The notes: generated by a model from the letters alone, not told the origin. 64,000 nt of DNA from Candidatus Nomurabacteria bacterium RIFCSPLOWO2_01_FULL_42_17 (GCA_001785985.1 MFVE01000005.1:112533-176532), one strand, 5' to 3'; shown: positions 35,425 through 45,551, counted from the first letter of the stretch. A program made the numbers and translations.

Positions 35425-36192
35425 ATGTTAGTTTCTTTAACTCAATTTAATATCAAGAGACCGGAAAGATTAAACTATGATTTTCTTCTGCCTAATCCTG
35501 ATAATTTGATAAAAAATATTAAAAGTAAAAGTCTAAGGTCTTTTTTAATTGAATCTGATGAAATATTAGCAAAGAATAATATTAATTATAAATATGAAGA
35601 TTTAACAGAGGAAAAATTTATTGCATGGCTGCCATATTATAAAGAAAAAATGGAAGAACATAACTATGATGTTCGCGCAAAAAAAAATTGGTATCAAGAA
35701 CAAATAAATAAGGGTTTTATTATGAAAGCTATATTTATGTACCAGAATAAAAAACTCGTAGGAAGTGGTATCTTTGATTTTCATAATCACATTGCCGATT
35801 TTGCATACAAGGCAAGTGACCGAATAACCATCTCGTCTAAAAAAGCAGCAAGTTTGGGGTCTATCATTGAATTTTTGTTCCTGAAAAAATCTGCAGAAAG
35901 TGGCAGCTATAAAATTGCGACTAATAGATCAAGAAACGCTTTTGGTTTCTTTAATACACTCGGATATTTAGATCTTAAATTACGATTCGGCTATAAACCT
36001 AGACCCAGTAAAGATGCACCTTTATTAGAAGAAGTGCCAGTTAATGAAAAAGGGTTCGTGATTTTCTATGGATTACAGGATGACCAATTTATTTTATTTA
36101 GCTTACAGCCAGAATCTACAAAAGGACAAAGGTTTTTTGATAAGACACCTTTTATTGACCAAGAAATTCCCTTTAAAGAGATTTACTATTAA
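35425..36192 (+). CDS. Hypothetical protein, possibly GNAT-like
   Basis: Long ORF; AIFMYQNKKLVGSGIF and LKLRFGY resemble GNAT/Fem elements. Confidence 0.6.
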   Translation: MLVSLTQFNIKRPERLNYDFLLPNPDNLIKNIKSKSLRSFLIESDEILAKNNINYKYEDLTEEKFIAWLPYYKEKMEEHNYDVRAKKNWYQEQINKGFIMKAIFMYQNKKLVGSGIFDFHNHIADFAYKASDRITISSKKAASLGSIIEFLFLKKSAESGSYKIATNRSRNAFGFFNTLGYLDLKLRFGYKPRPSKDAPLLEEVPVNEKGFVIFYGLQDDQFILFSLQPESTKGQRFFDKTPFIDQEIPFKEIYY

Positions 36193-36213
36193 CAATATGT
36201 TACAATTAAACTT

Positions 36214-36687
36214 ATGGAAAAACTCGAATGGTCCGCTTTGGAATATGAAGAGAAGGAAAGAAGCCGAGATTGGTTTTGGGCGCTTGGGATTATTGTGGCG
36301 ACGAGCTCCATTGCTGCGATGATTTTCGGAAATTATTTTTTTGCAGTCCTACTAATTCTCAGCGGAGTCTTATTGGGATTCTTTGCAATTAAAAAACCAG
36401 AAATGGTGCATTACGAATTAAATAATCAGGGACTGAAAATCCGAACCCATCTCTATCCTTATGAAAGAATCAAATCTTTTTGGGTACAAATAGATAAAAG
36501 CGGAGAGAGGAAAGTCAAACCGACACTTTTTATAAAATCAGAGAGAGCGTTTATGCCTGTTATCGAAATGCCTATAGAATACATCATGGCTGACGACATT
36601 CACGCCATTATGCTTTCAAAAAATATTGCGGAAGAGGAAATGAAAGAGCACACATCTCTTAAAATAATGGAGTCTTTGGGCTTTTAG
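36214..36687 (+). CDS. Conserved two-TM hypothetical protein with PH-like C-terminus
   Basis: LEWSALEY..DWFW, two TMs, YPYERIKSFWV. Confidence 0.75.
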   Translation: MEKLEWSALEYEEKERSRDWFWALGIIVATSSIAAMIFGNYFFAVLLILSGVLLGFFAIKKPEMVHYELNNQGLKIRTHLYPYERIKSFWVQIDKSGERKVKPTLFIKSERAFMPVIEMPIEYIMADDIHAIMLSKNIAEEEMKEHTSLKIMESLGF

Positions 36688-36743
36688 CTTGTTTTATTTG
36701 GCTTTTATTTTTTCTGGAAACCTGCTAATCTAAATAAACCAAC

Positions 36744-36815
36744 GTCCCCGTAGTTCAACGGATAGAATTCAAGCTTGCGGAGTTTGAGATCGTGGTTCGA
36801 TTCCACGCGGGGACA
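36744..36815 (+). tRNA. tRNA-Arg (GCG)
   Basis: GTCCCCG/CGGGGAC stem; CAAGC-TTGCGGA-GTTTG; TTCGATT. Confidence 0.92.
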
Positions 36816-36999
36816 CAAATCATAGAGAATTTTATGCTATTTACGTTATTTTTAAACACAACCCCACTGGGGGTATTCTATAAATTTTTATTTTGTGTTT
36901 TAATGCGAAAAATTGCAGTTATCCACTTTACACTTGGGCACTATTTTCGTGTATAATGATTGAACGGCTAAAAAAACCTAAAGATAAAAAATATTTAAA

Positions 37000-39564
37000 A
37001 TGACACTGACAATTACAAAAAGAGACGGAACAAAAGCGCCTTTCAACGCCGACCGAATCAATAAATCCATCGAGAGAGCATGCTACGGACTCGCTGACCC
37101 GATCAGCAAGGTCATTCAGATCGCGACCGAGACGCAACTCACTCTCTATGACGGCATCACGACCGAAGAGATGGATGCGGCGACCATCAATGCCGCCCTG
37201 CAGAATGCTCAATACGGCATGGATTTCGACAAGATCGCCACGCGCCTCTTGTTGAAGACGATTTACAAGAAAGTCATCGGTGATTATGACAATGATGAGT
37301 CTAAAGTCGTGACTCACGAGGAATTCACGAAGCTTCATAGCTCTCATTTCAAAGAATACATCTTGAATGCGGTGGAAAAGAAACTTTTGGACGACAGAAT
37401 GGCGACGACTTTTGACTTGGAAGATTTGGCCGCGAGCTTGAAAATAGAAAACGACGAACTCTATAAATATTCCGGACTCTCCACAATGCAAAATCGTTAC
37501 TTGATGAAGAACGAAAAACAATCCCCGCTCGAAACTCCGCAATATTTCTGGATGCGAGTCGCGATGGGCATGTCTCTAAAAGAAAAAGATCCGACGCAGT
37601 GGGCCAAAAGATTTTATGACAAGATGTCCAAGCTGGAATATCTCTCGGCTGGAAGCTCAAACATCGGCGCCGGCACTCCCCGCCCGAAACTTTCAAATTG
37701 CTACTTGATGGAAATCCATGACGACATGGAACACATAGGCAAAACTGTTTCGGACGTCTTACTTTTATCCAAGGCAACTGGCGGCATCGGACTTTCAGTG
37801 ACCAAGCTTCGCGCCGAAGGATCAGTGCTAAAATCAAACAACACTATTTCCTCCGGCCCGGTGCCATTCATGCATATTATCGATTCCGCAGTGCGCGCTG
37901 TGCAGAGAGGCGGTAAGAAAAAGGGCGCTTTGTGTTTCTACATGGAAAACTGGCATCTAAATTTCCAAGATTTTCTGGATTTGAAGCAGAATAGCGGCGA
38001 TGATTATCGAAGGACTCGCACTGCCAATACCGCTGTCTTCATCTCAGATGAATTTATGAAAAGAGTCTTAGACGGCGCGGATTGGTACCTCTTTGATCCA
38101 AAAGAAGTAAAAGACCTAAACGAGCTCTATGGGGAGGAGTTTTCTAAAAGATACAATGAATATGTAGAAATGGCTAAAAAAGGAAAACTGAAAATGTATA
38201 ATGTCCTGCCGGCTAGAGAGCAATACAAAAACATTTTAGTTTCTTTGGAAACCACCTCTCACCCTTGGTTGACTTGGAAAGATTCCATCAATGTCCGAGC
38301 ATTGAACAACAACACCGGCACTATCCACTGTTCAAATCTCTGCACCGAAGTCACTTTGCCTACCGATCGAGAAAATATTGCTGTCTGCAATTTGGTTTCC
38401 ATCAACCTTGCAAGACATATCATCAATGGACAGGTTGATTGGCATCGATTAGAAGAGTCCGTCAGGCTGGCTACCCGCCAACTTGATAATCTGGTTGATA
38501 TCAACGAACTACCTGTGCCAGAAGCTATCCGCGCGGACAATGAGAACAGAGCAGTGGGACTCGGGCTCATGGGCTTTGCCGACTCTATCGAACAGCTCGG
38601 ATATTCGTATGAAGACAAAGAGACTTATGATTTCGCGGACCAAGTTTTTGAATTTATTTCCTACATGTCGACCGATGAATCCGCAAATTTGGCAGAAGAA
38701 CGAGGATCTTACAAAAATTTCAAAGGCTCCGGCTGGTCCAAGGGATTGGTGCCGATCGATACTCTGAAAAAATTGGAAGAAGATCGAAAACGTGAACTAA
38801 CCGTGAAAAAGGAATCCGCAAAATTGCTTCCTCCGCTCGATTGGGAAACTTTGCGCGCTAAAGTCAAAAAAGGAATCCGCAATGCGACGCTTCTCGCCAT
38901 CGCGCCAAATGCAAACATTGGGCTCGTAGCTGGAACCTCGCCGGGGATTGATCCGAGGTTTACCCAGATGTTCTCCAGAAATAAAATATCCGGCAAATAT
39001 CTCGAAGTAAATCCGAACATGATGCGAGCTCTGCAAGCCGAGAATCTATGGGAGAAAACACGCGAAGCGATACTAGAACATCATGGCGACATCGAATCCA
39101 TCGCTGAAATTCCAGACTCACTAAAAAGAATCTATAAAACTTCCTTCTCTGTCTCCCCTTACGCATATATCGAAGTAGCGGCTCGCGCTCAAAAGTGGGT
39201 GGACATGGGCATCTCACGCAACATGTACTTGGATATCCGAGACATCAATGAAATTATGAACATCTACACCACTGCTTGGGACAAGGGCTTGAAAACGACT
39301 TATTATCTGCATATGAAGCCCCGTCATTCAGCCGAACAATCCACCACTACCGTAAATAAGGCTCAAGTATTGGGCAAGAGAGGTTTTGCCGTCTTGCGCG
39401 ACAAAGAGAAAATTGTTCAAAAAGAAGTAGAGGCAGAATCAGAAGTAACCATCCCGGAACCGCCTGCGATCCAAATGAAAGAACCAGTGCCGGTGCTAAA
39501 AGTTCCAGACGTGAATGTTACCGAAGACCCCCAAGAAAAATTCTTGTGCGAAAGCTGCCAATAG
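37000..39564 (+). CDS. nrdA: Ribonucleotide reductase class I alpha subunit with ATP cone
   Basis: ITKRDG ATP cone; SNCY; SNLCTE; KTTYYL; C-terminal CESCQ. Confidence 0.96.
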   Translation: MTLTITKRDGTKAPFNADRINKSIERACYGLADPISKVIQIATETQLTLYDGITTEEMDAATINAALQNAQYGMDFDKIATRLLLKTIYKKVIGDYDNDESKVVTHEEFTKLHSSHFKEYILNAVEKKLLDDRMATTFDLEDLAASLKIENDELYKYSGLSTMQNRYLMKNEKQSPLETPQYFWMRVAMGMSLKEKDPTQWAKRFYDKMSKLEYLSAGSSNIGAGTPRPKLSNCYLMEIHDDMEHIGKTVSDVLLLSKATGGIGLSVTKLRAEGSVLKSNNTISSGPVPFMHIIDSAVRAVQRGGKKKGALCFYMENWHLNFQDFLDLKQNSGDDYRRTRTANTAVFISDEFMKRVLDGADWYLFDPKEVKDLNELYGEEFSKRYNEYVEMAKKGKLKMYNVLPAREQYKNILVSLETTSHPWLTWKDSINVRALNNNTGTIHCSNLCTEVTLPTDRENIAVCNLVSINLARHIINGQVDWHRLEESVRLATRQLDNLVDINELPVPEAIRADNENRAVGLGLMGFADSIEQLGYSYEDKETYDFADQVFEFISYMSTDESANLAEERGSYKNFKGSGWSKGLVPIDTLKKLEEDRKRELTVKKESAKLLPPLDWETLRAKVKKGIRNATLLAIAPNANIGLVAGTSPGIDPRFTQMFSRNKISGKYLEVNPNMMRALQAENLWEKTREAILEHHGDIESIAEIPDSLKRIYKTSFSVSPYAYIEVAARAQKWVDMGISRNMYLDIRDINEIMNIYTTAWDKGLKTTYYLHMKPRHSAEQSTTTVNKAQVLGKRGFAVLRDKEKIVQKEVEAESEVTIPEPPAIQMKEPVPVLKVPDVNVTEDPQEKFLCESCQ

Positions 39565-39568
39565 AAAC

Positions 39569-39635
39569 AGCTTGTAGCTGGTTAGCTTGTAGCTAATTAG
39601 CTTTAAGAAATTATTAATAATAAGCTAAAAAGCTA
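39569..39635. repeat. Degenerate 7-8 nt tandem repeats between nrdA and nrdB
   Basis: agcttgt agctggtt agcttgt agctaatt agcttta ... taagcta aaaagcta. Confidence 0.65.
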
Positions 39636-39640
39636 TCACT

Positions 39641-40654
39641 ATGATTCTAGGAAAAGCATCCCCGACAGACATGAATCTGCATCCCATGCACTATAAATGG
39701 GCTTACGACCTCTATAATCAGGCGGTCAGAAACAGTTGGTTCCCCCACGAGATACCGCTCGGTGAAGATTTGGCTGACTGGAAAAAGATGACCGAAGACG
39801 AGAAACACGCGGTAGAATTTCTGATGGCGTTTTTCAATCCGGCGGAGCTGATAGTCAACAGATCGCTCGCTCTCGGCGTCTACCCATATTTAAAATCTCC
39901 CGAATGTCATTTGTATCTCGCCAAACAAATGTTTGAAGAAGCAAACCACTGCGTTTCGTTTGAATATGTACTCGAAACATTTCCGCTCGATCGCACACGC
40001 GTTTACGAACAGCACCTCGAGATGGAGTCAATGAAGAATAAAGAAAATTTCATCAACAAATACCTCATCCGCATGACCGAAGACTCTCTAGACATCGAGA
40101 CAGCTGAAGGCAAAAAGGACTTTTTACGCAATTTGGTCGCGACCAATATCGTCATGGAAGGAACTTGGTTTTATTCCGGATTTATGGTGGCGTTGTCTTT
40201 CCGCCAGAGAAATCAGCTCCGCAATTTGGGCTCGATGATCACCTGGGTCCTGCGCGACGAGTCTTTGCATTTAAAATTCGGCATCCAGCTCATTCATGCG
40301 GTATTAGAAGAAAATTCTGAGCTTCTAACAGCAGAATTCGCAGAAGAAATTAGAAAAATAATAATCGATGGAGTGGAGCTGGAAGTTAATTATAATAAAG
40401 ATATGTTTCCAAAAGGCATCCTCGGACTCAATGCGAACTATGTGAATCAATATGTGCAATATGTGGCAGACCGCAGACTCGAAGAGCTGGGCTTGGCCCC
40501 CCATTTCAACGTCACCAACCCCGCCAAATGGATGTCGACCGCGACTGATGTCTTTGAATTAGTGAATTTCTTCGAACAGCAAAATACTTCTTACGAAGTT
40601 GACGCTCATGGGCACAATTCTGATACAGACAAAGACCACAAAAAACATCCGTAA
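39641..40654 (+). CDS. nrdB: Ribonucleotide reductase beta subunit (class Ic-type signature)
   Basis: FFNPAE, EEANH, EGTWFYSGF, RDESLH, NFFE. Confidence 0.95.
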   Translation: MILGKASPTDMNLHPMHYKWAYDLYNQAVRNSWFPHEIPLGEDLADWKKMTEDEKHAVEFLMAFFNPAELIVNRSLALGVYPYLKSPECHLYLAKQMFEEANHCVSFEYVLETFPLDRTRVYEQHLEMESMKNKENFINKYLIRMTEDSLDIETAEGKKDFLRNLVATNIVMEGTWFYSGFMVALSFRQRNQLRNLGSMITWVLRDESLHLKFGIQLIHAVLEENSELLTAEFAEEIRKIIIDGVELEVNYNKDMFPKGILGLNANYVNQYVQYVADRRLEELGLAPHFNVTNPAKWMSTATDVFELVNFFEQQNTSYEVDAHGHNSDTDKDHKKHP

Positions 40655-40691
40655 TAAAAATTGTAAATATTTGAGTCAGTCTGGACGCCTA

Positions 40692-40720
40692 TTGACAATA
40701 AGATTATGGCATGATATACT
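40692..40720 (+). promoter_or_regulatory. Sigma70-type promoter
   Basis: TTGACA-17 nt-TATACT, 8 nt before the ATG at 40729. Confidence 0.7.
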
Positions 40721-40728
40721 CCTCATGC

Positions 40729-42213
40729 ATGAAAAAAACATATCATAAAGTGGTAATTTTAGGTTTGGGGATATTAGCTATTCTCGCTTTGGCAGCTTTA
40801 CTCATGCCTGAAAAAACCAGTGCCCAATATTACTATGGTGGCGGATACCATGGTGGAACTGGTTACAATTCCTACAATTATTCGGATTACCAAAACTCTT
40901 CTTATAATTCTTACCCAACCTATTACCAACCACCCGCAAGCGGCAGTAGCGCAAACAACAATACGAATAACAATACAAACAACAATACTATAAATATTAA
41001 TATACCGGGAAATTCTCGGTCGGGATCTGATTTTTCTGATGATCCGACGGTCTCTCTGCGAGCCGATGATACAGACATAAATTATGGAGAAAACACCATT
41101 TTACGCTGGTCCTCGACTGATGCGGATTCTTGCAGGGCAAGTGGCGGCGACAACAGATGGTCAGGCAGCATAGACACTTCCGGTTCTTTCAATACCAGAA
41201 GTTTGACAGATACGACTACCTATCGCATCACCTGTACCAACGATGAGGGATCGGACAGCGATTCAATCACAATCGAGGTAGGCGACCGCCGACAAATCTC
41301 AGGTCAGTCCCAACCGACAGTGTCGCTTGTCGCAGATAGTACAAACCTAGCTTACAACGGAGCGACTTTTCTTCGTTGGTTTGCCGGAAACGCGACTGCT
41401 TGTTATGGTAGCGGCGGATCTGGTGATTGGGTAGGAATAAAGAATACTGGAGCAGGATCTTTCTACACCGGGTCACTGACCGCAAGCAGAAACTATGTAC
41501 TCACTTGTAGTAATAATATTGGGACATCTGCCGATTCAGTCACCATCACTGTGCGCGAACCGGGAATTACTACATTCACCCCTAGATCCGCCGGTACTTC
41601 ACTCGTCCTCTTGAACTCTTCAGTAGATCGCAATCAGCCAATCGTGCCCACGCTGGATAATACCAAGCCGCGTCCGGGGGATGAGATCAATTACACTGTA
41701 AATTATCAAAATATCGGCACCGCCGCGATCACTGGCCTTTCTCTGCGAATAGATCTTCCTTTCGAAGTGGATTATATGTTCTCAAATCCGGGTAACCCGA
41801 CTATATCGGGTCAAACTTTGATCTTCAATTTGGGGACGCTCCGAGCAAATGGAGCTGGAACAGTTACAGTCAGGGCGCGAGTACGAGAAAATATCCCTGA
41901 CGGAGTGAATTTAAACTTCCCTGCGACCTTGAATTATATCGATCCTGCTGGCTTCCCGCAGACGGTAACTGCGAATGTTTCTGCAGAGGTCTTACCAAAT
42001 GAAAACAACGGACTCGGAGCAAATGTGTTCGGCGCAGGATTCCTGCCTGTTAATTTATTCGGATGGCTGTTCCTACTCATCCTCATACTTGCACTAATAC
42101 TTATAGCTAGATATTTTTTAATCCAAGTCAGCCAGCCTTTCCGCAAACAAACTGTGACCACCCTCGATCAGCCTCTAGGTAAAAAGACTACCACTACTAC
42201 AATAGTGCATTAA
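40729..42213 (+). CDS. Surface protein: signal peptide, Y/N-rich linker, two beta-sandwich repeats, DUF11-like domain, C-terminal TM
   Basis: Repeated PTVSL.AD..L.W..A..C..W.G..Y..TC.N units; PGDEINYTVNYQNIG. Confidence 0.8.
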   Translation: MKKTYHKVVILGLGILAILALAALLMPEKTSAQYYYGGGYHGGTGYNSYNYSDYQNSSYNSYPTYYQPPASGSSANNNTNNNTNNNTININIPGNSRSGSDFSDDPTVSLRADDTDINYGENTILRWSSTDADSCRASGGDNRWSGSIDTSGSFNTRSLTDTTTYRITCTNDEGSDSDSITIEVGDRRQISGQSQPTVSLVADSTNLAYNGATFLRWFAGNATACYGSGGSGDWVGIKNTGAGSFYTGSLTASRNYVLTCSNNIGTSADSVTITVREPGITTFTPRSAGTSLVLLNSSVDRNQPIVPTLDNTKPRPGDEINYTVNYQNIGTAAITGLSLRIDLPFEVDYMFSNPGNPTISGQTLIFNLGTLRANGAGTVTVRARVRENIPDGVNLNFPATLNYIDPAGFPQTVTANVSAEVLPNENNGLGANVFGAGFLPVNLFGWLFLLILILALILIARYFLIQVSQPFRKQTVTTLDQPLGKKTTTTTIVH

Positions 42214-42223
42214 AATAAAAACT

Positions 42224-42913
42224 GTGGACAAACAAACAAGGGAATCTTTCCCAATGCGGATAAATAAATATCTGGCTCTTAAAAAAATCTCGACGAGGCG
42301 GGGAGCAGATGAGTTGGTAAAAGAAAAAAAAGTTTTTATAAATGGGAAACTCGCAGTGCTTGGTAGTAAAGTAAATGAAACTGATAAAGTAGAAGTAAAA
42401 GGCGCGAAAACAAAAGAATATGTATATTTTGCGTATAACAAACCAATTGGAATCGAAACTAGCTCTCCCAGAGAAGATCTCTTCCCTTTGGGCAGACTCG
42501 ACAAGGCTTCGCATGGACTCCTGATACTCACAAACGATGGACGCATCACCGATCAACTTCTAAATCCAAAATATTTTCACGAAAAAGAATATGTGGTGAA
42601 AACTCTAAACAAACTTCGCTCTAGTTTCAAAAAAAATATGGAAACGGGGGTAAAAATAGAAGGAGAAAAAGATTATGTTACCAAAAAATGTAAAGTGAAA
42701 ATTTTAAATGAAAATACTTTCAGAATTATTTTGACTGAGGGAAAGAAACACCAAATCCGCAGAATGTGTTCCGCCCTATTCCAAGAAGTCGCTGATCTAA
42801 AACGCGAGAGAATTATGAACATCAAGCTCGGCAACCTAAAACCCGGCGCCCTGCGAGAAATAAAAGACGAAGAATTGACTACTTTTCTAGATCAAGTACT
42901 TCATCAATCCTGA
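42224..42913 (+). CDS. RsuA/RluF-family pseudouridine synthase with S4 domain
   Basis: MRINKYL; GRLDKASHGL; LTEGKKHQIRRM. Confidence 0.94.
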   Translation: MDKQTRESFPMRINKYLALKKISTRRGADELVKEKKVFINGKLAVLGSKVNETDKVEVKGAKTKEYVYFAYNKPIGIETSSPREDLFPLGRLDKASHGLLILTNDGRITDQLLNPKYFHEKEYVVKTLNKLRSSFKKNMETGVKIEGEKDYVTKKCKVKILNENTFRIILTEGKKHQIRRMCSALFQEVADLKRERIMNIKLGNLKPGALREIKDEELTTFLDQVLHQS

Positions 42914-44408
42914 TTTGTTTAACAAATTCGGGCACATGGGAGACGAGGATCATTGCGCCGGCGTATTTGTCGAGAGCTTCGGCGATGATGGGCAAATGAC
43001 GGAAATTTATGTGGTTAGTGGGCTCATCTAGGATGAGAAGTCCAGGCTTTTGGAGAACAAGTCTCGCAAAAGCTACCAGCCCCTTCTGTCCTTCTGATAA
43101 ATCGCCTATTTTGGTGCGAATAAATTCTCCGGTGATCAAAAATCCAGCGGCCACAGAACGCATCCGCTCTTCGTCCAGCTTTTCTCCGCCTGCCAGCATC
43201 GCACTAGATAAAGATTGATAGACAGTATCTTCAAAATTGAGCGTGGAAAAATCTTGACGATAATACCCGATACGAATTCCCTCTTTTACCTTTTCACCTT
43301 CGGCATGACCGCTCGCCAATCTCTCTAAAAGGGTTGTTTTACCTATACCATTTGGCCCTTGTAAAAGTAAGTGCACATTTTTATTCAAAGATATTTTCAC
43401 TTTATGTTTTACAATCTTGCCATTTTTCATTGTGGTAAAAGAAGAAATATTTAAAATCTCTCCGATCAAGTCCGGCTGGCTTGGAATATTAAAAGGTCTG
43501 ATGGAACGGTCTTCTTTTCGCACATCCACTATTTCTTCTTCTAGTTCTTCGGCTTTCTCGCGCATTCTTTTGGCGACCAGACGCAAGCGTCCACCTTTAT
43601 AGGCAAACACATTCGCTTGATCTTTTTTTGCTTGAATTTCTTTTTGCAGCTGGGCATTTTTCATATTCTCTTTTTCTACTCGGGCTGTGATATCTTTGAC
43701 CACATTAAAATAGTTACCGACATATTGTTCAATCTTTTTAGTATAGACATCAAGGTAAAGCACGCCCTGTGTGAAAGCATTCAAAAATTCAGCGTCGTGA
43801 GAAATTACCAGAACTGTCTTTTTATAATCAACTAAAAATTCTGTTAGATGCGCAATCCCTGCTTTGTCTAAATTATTCGTCGGCTCATCGAGCAATAGTA
43901 GGTCGGGGTCTTGGATGAGCGCCGAAGCCAGAAGTAAACGCGCCTGTTGTCCACCAGAGAAAGTATTTATTTTTTTATCATGCACTTTGGTGTGTCCTTT
44001 TAGATTTACTACCTCTAAGACATCATCAATCCGAGGATCTATGTCATAAATTTTCACCCTCACCCCACCCCTCTCCCGAAGGGCGAGGGAGTTCTCAAAA
44101 AACTCCCGCACCGTCAGATCCATCTCTCCTTTGGGAATCACTTGCCGTGAAGTTGCAATGCTCACCCCTTTGACAACATTTATTATTCCAGATTCGGGAA
44201 CATGCAAACCAGAAATCAATCCAAAAATAGTGCTCTTGCCGGCACCATTTTGCCCCATCAGAGTGAACTTCATTCCTCGTCTGATAGTAAAACTCACCCC
44301 ATCTAAAATGGGTTTATTGACGCCCCATTCAAATGAGACATCGTCAAATCTAACTATAGTTTCTTGGGTTTTTTGAGATTTTTGATTTTCCTGCTCCTTT
44401 TTAGACAT
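42879..44408 (-). CDS. ABC-F family ATPase
   Basis: Two ABC domains (GQNGAGKS, GPNGIGKT; DEPTN twice); no TM. Confidence 0.94.
   Translation of the reverse strand: MSKKEQENQKSQKTQETIVRFDDVSFEWGVNKPILDGVSFTIRRGMKFTLMGQNGAGKSTIFGLISGLHVPESGIINVVKGVSIATSRQVIPKGEMDLTVREFFENSLALRERGGVRVKIYDIDPRIDDVLEVVNLKGHTKVHDKKINTFSGGQQARLLLASALIQDPDLLLLDEPTNNLDKAGIAHLTEFLVDYKKTVLVISHDAEFLNAFTQGVLYLDVYTKKIEQYVGNYFNVVKDITARVEKENMKNAQLQKEIQAKKDQANVFAYKGGRLRLVAKRMREKAEELEEEIVDVRKEDRSIRPFNIPSQPDLIGEILNISSFTTMKNGKIVKHKVKISLNKNVHLLLQGPNGIGKTTLLERLASGHAEGEKVKEGIRIGYYRQDFSTLNFEDTVYQSLSSAMLAGGEKLDEERMRSVAAGFLITGEFIRTKIGDLSEGQKGLVAFARLVLQKPGLLILDEPTNHINFRHLPIIAEALDKYAGAMILVSHVPEFVKQIRIDEVLDLEK
44057..44091. repeat. GC-rich hairpin element, in frame in the ABC-F gene
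   Basis: ccctcaccccacccctctcccgaagggcgagggag encodes SLALRERGGVRV. Confidence 0.7.
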
Positions 44409-44458
44409 TCGTATAGATTAGCTTATTTTTGACTAAATAGAAAGGCGTGATAAAAAAT

Positions 44459-44488
44459 TTGACAAAATGGGTGCTTTTATGCTATACT
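44459..44488 (+). promoter_or_regulatory. Sigma70-type promoter of the cold-shock gene
   Basis: TTGACA-18 nt-TATACT with TGn extension; long 5' leader. Confidence 0.65.
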
Positions 44489-44578
44489 CAAAAGACAAAG
44501 TAGGTGCAAGAAGAGTATGTTAGAGTCGATTTCTTAAGTAATATCTATTTGTATTTAATAGTTTAATCAAAAAAATCA

Positions 44579-44776
44579 ATGACTGGTACAATAAAAAGAC
44601 TCACTGATAAAGGTTTCGGCTTCATCACAGCAGAAGGGCTACAGAAGGATTTATTCTTCCATAGCAATTCTCTTGTTGGCGTAACTTTTGACGAATTGAA
44701 AGAAGGCGATACGCTTTCTTTTGAAACAGAGGAATCACCAAAAGGATTGAATGCTACGAACGTACAACGCGCGTAA
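44579..44776 (+). CDS. Cold-shock protein
   Basis: KGFGFI (RNP1), DLFFH (RNP2). Confidence 0.96.
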   Translation: MTGTIKRLTDKGFGFITAEGLQKDLFFHSNSLVGVTFDELKEGDTLSFETEESPKGLNATNVQRA

Positions 44777-44785
44777 TATTCACTC

Positions 44786-44819
44786 AATTAAAAAAGCCCC
44801 AGTTGGGGCTTTTTTAATT
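44786..44819 (+). terminator. Intrinsic terminator after the cold-shock gene
   Basis: aaaaaagcccca-gt-tggggctttttt. Confidence 0.85.
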
Positions 44820-44825
44820 TGTGAT

Positions 44826-44989
44826 AAAAAAAGTAGAAATTGTCTTTTAGAAAGCCTTGCGCAGGAGATTAGAAAATAATAAGAGGCAGTTAAACTATTT
44901 GCCTCTTATTATTTTCTTGATCGACGAGCAGTTCGCTGGCAAAGCTTTGCCAGATAGATTGCTTTATAAAAGATAATTTATACTTTTTT
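44826..44989. mobile_element. MITE-like non-coding element
   Basis: About 28-bp imperfect terminal inverted repeats enclosing an 18-bp perfect stem (44871-44917) and an 18-bp palindrome (44936-44953). Confidence 0.6.
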
Positions 44990-44991
44990 CT

Positions 44992-45267
44992 TTACTGACT
45001 AAAGGGCTCGCCTTTTGCCCATTTTTTTAGCGTCTCATAACTCTCTTCTCCGCAGATCCACTTGCTTGTTTTAGTATTATAGAAGAAAGGCACGCCTCCG
45101 CAGAAATCTTTGTCTAATTCTAGCAAGCGCCTTTCATTTTCTTTATTGTGCCAGACTTCCAAACTTTCTACTTTTATCCCCTCTTCTTTTTCCAAACGCT
45201 CCACCAACTCATGCATAGTGATGCAATGCGGGCATTCGGTTCCATAAAACTCCACGAGATGGTTCAT
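44992..45267 (-). CDS. Thioredoxin/glutaredoxin-like protein
   Basis: ECPHC; GVPFF. Confidence 0.88.
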   Translation of the reverse strand: MNHLVEFYGTECPHCITMHELVERLEKEEGIKVESLEVWHNKENERRLLELDKDFCGGVPFFYNTKTSKWICGEESYETLKKWAKGEPFSQ

Positions 45268-45268
45268 G

Positions 45269-45520
45269 TTATTTAACGAGTCGAGACAAACGAGATTTTT
45301 TATTGGCCGCGTTATTTTTCTTGATAACTTTTTTCTGTGCTGCTTTGTCTATGATTTTAAATGCAGCTGGAAGTAATTTCATCGCTCCCGCTTTGTCTGT
45401 TTTAGAAAGTTTCTCAATTTTCTTGATTATCTCCTTCATCGCACGCTTGCGGGCATCATTAAAAGCCTTCTTGCGCAAGGATCCCCGAACCGCTTTTTTC
45501 GCTGATTGTGTAATTGGCAT
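45269..45520 (-). CDS. rpsT: 30S ribosomal protein S20
   Basis: MPITQSAKK; IDKAAQKKVIKKNNAANKKSRL. Confidence 0.95.
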   Translation of the reverse strand: MPITQSAKKAVRGSLRKKAFNDARKRAMKEIIKKIEKLSKTDKAGAMKLLPAAFKIIDKAAQKKVIKKNNAANKKSRLSRLVK

Positions 45521-45551
45521 AGGACTAATCTAACAGAAAAAGCAAAATAAA

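Noticed and set aside
36850-36960. Possible NrdR boxes upstream of nrdA
   Set aside because: Only a short acccc..ggggt hairpin; no convincing match to the consensus
40950-41003. AAC-rich tract as a DGR template repeat
   Set aside because: It encodes an Asn/Thr low-complexity linker in a surface protein; no adenine-mismatched partner was seen
42879-42913. 35-nt convergent overlap of the pseudouridine synthase and ABC-F genes
   Set aside because: Short tail-to-tail overlaps are ordinary in compact genomes
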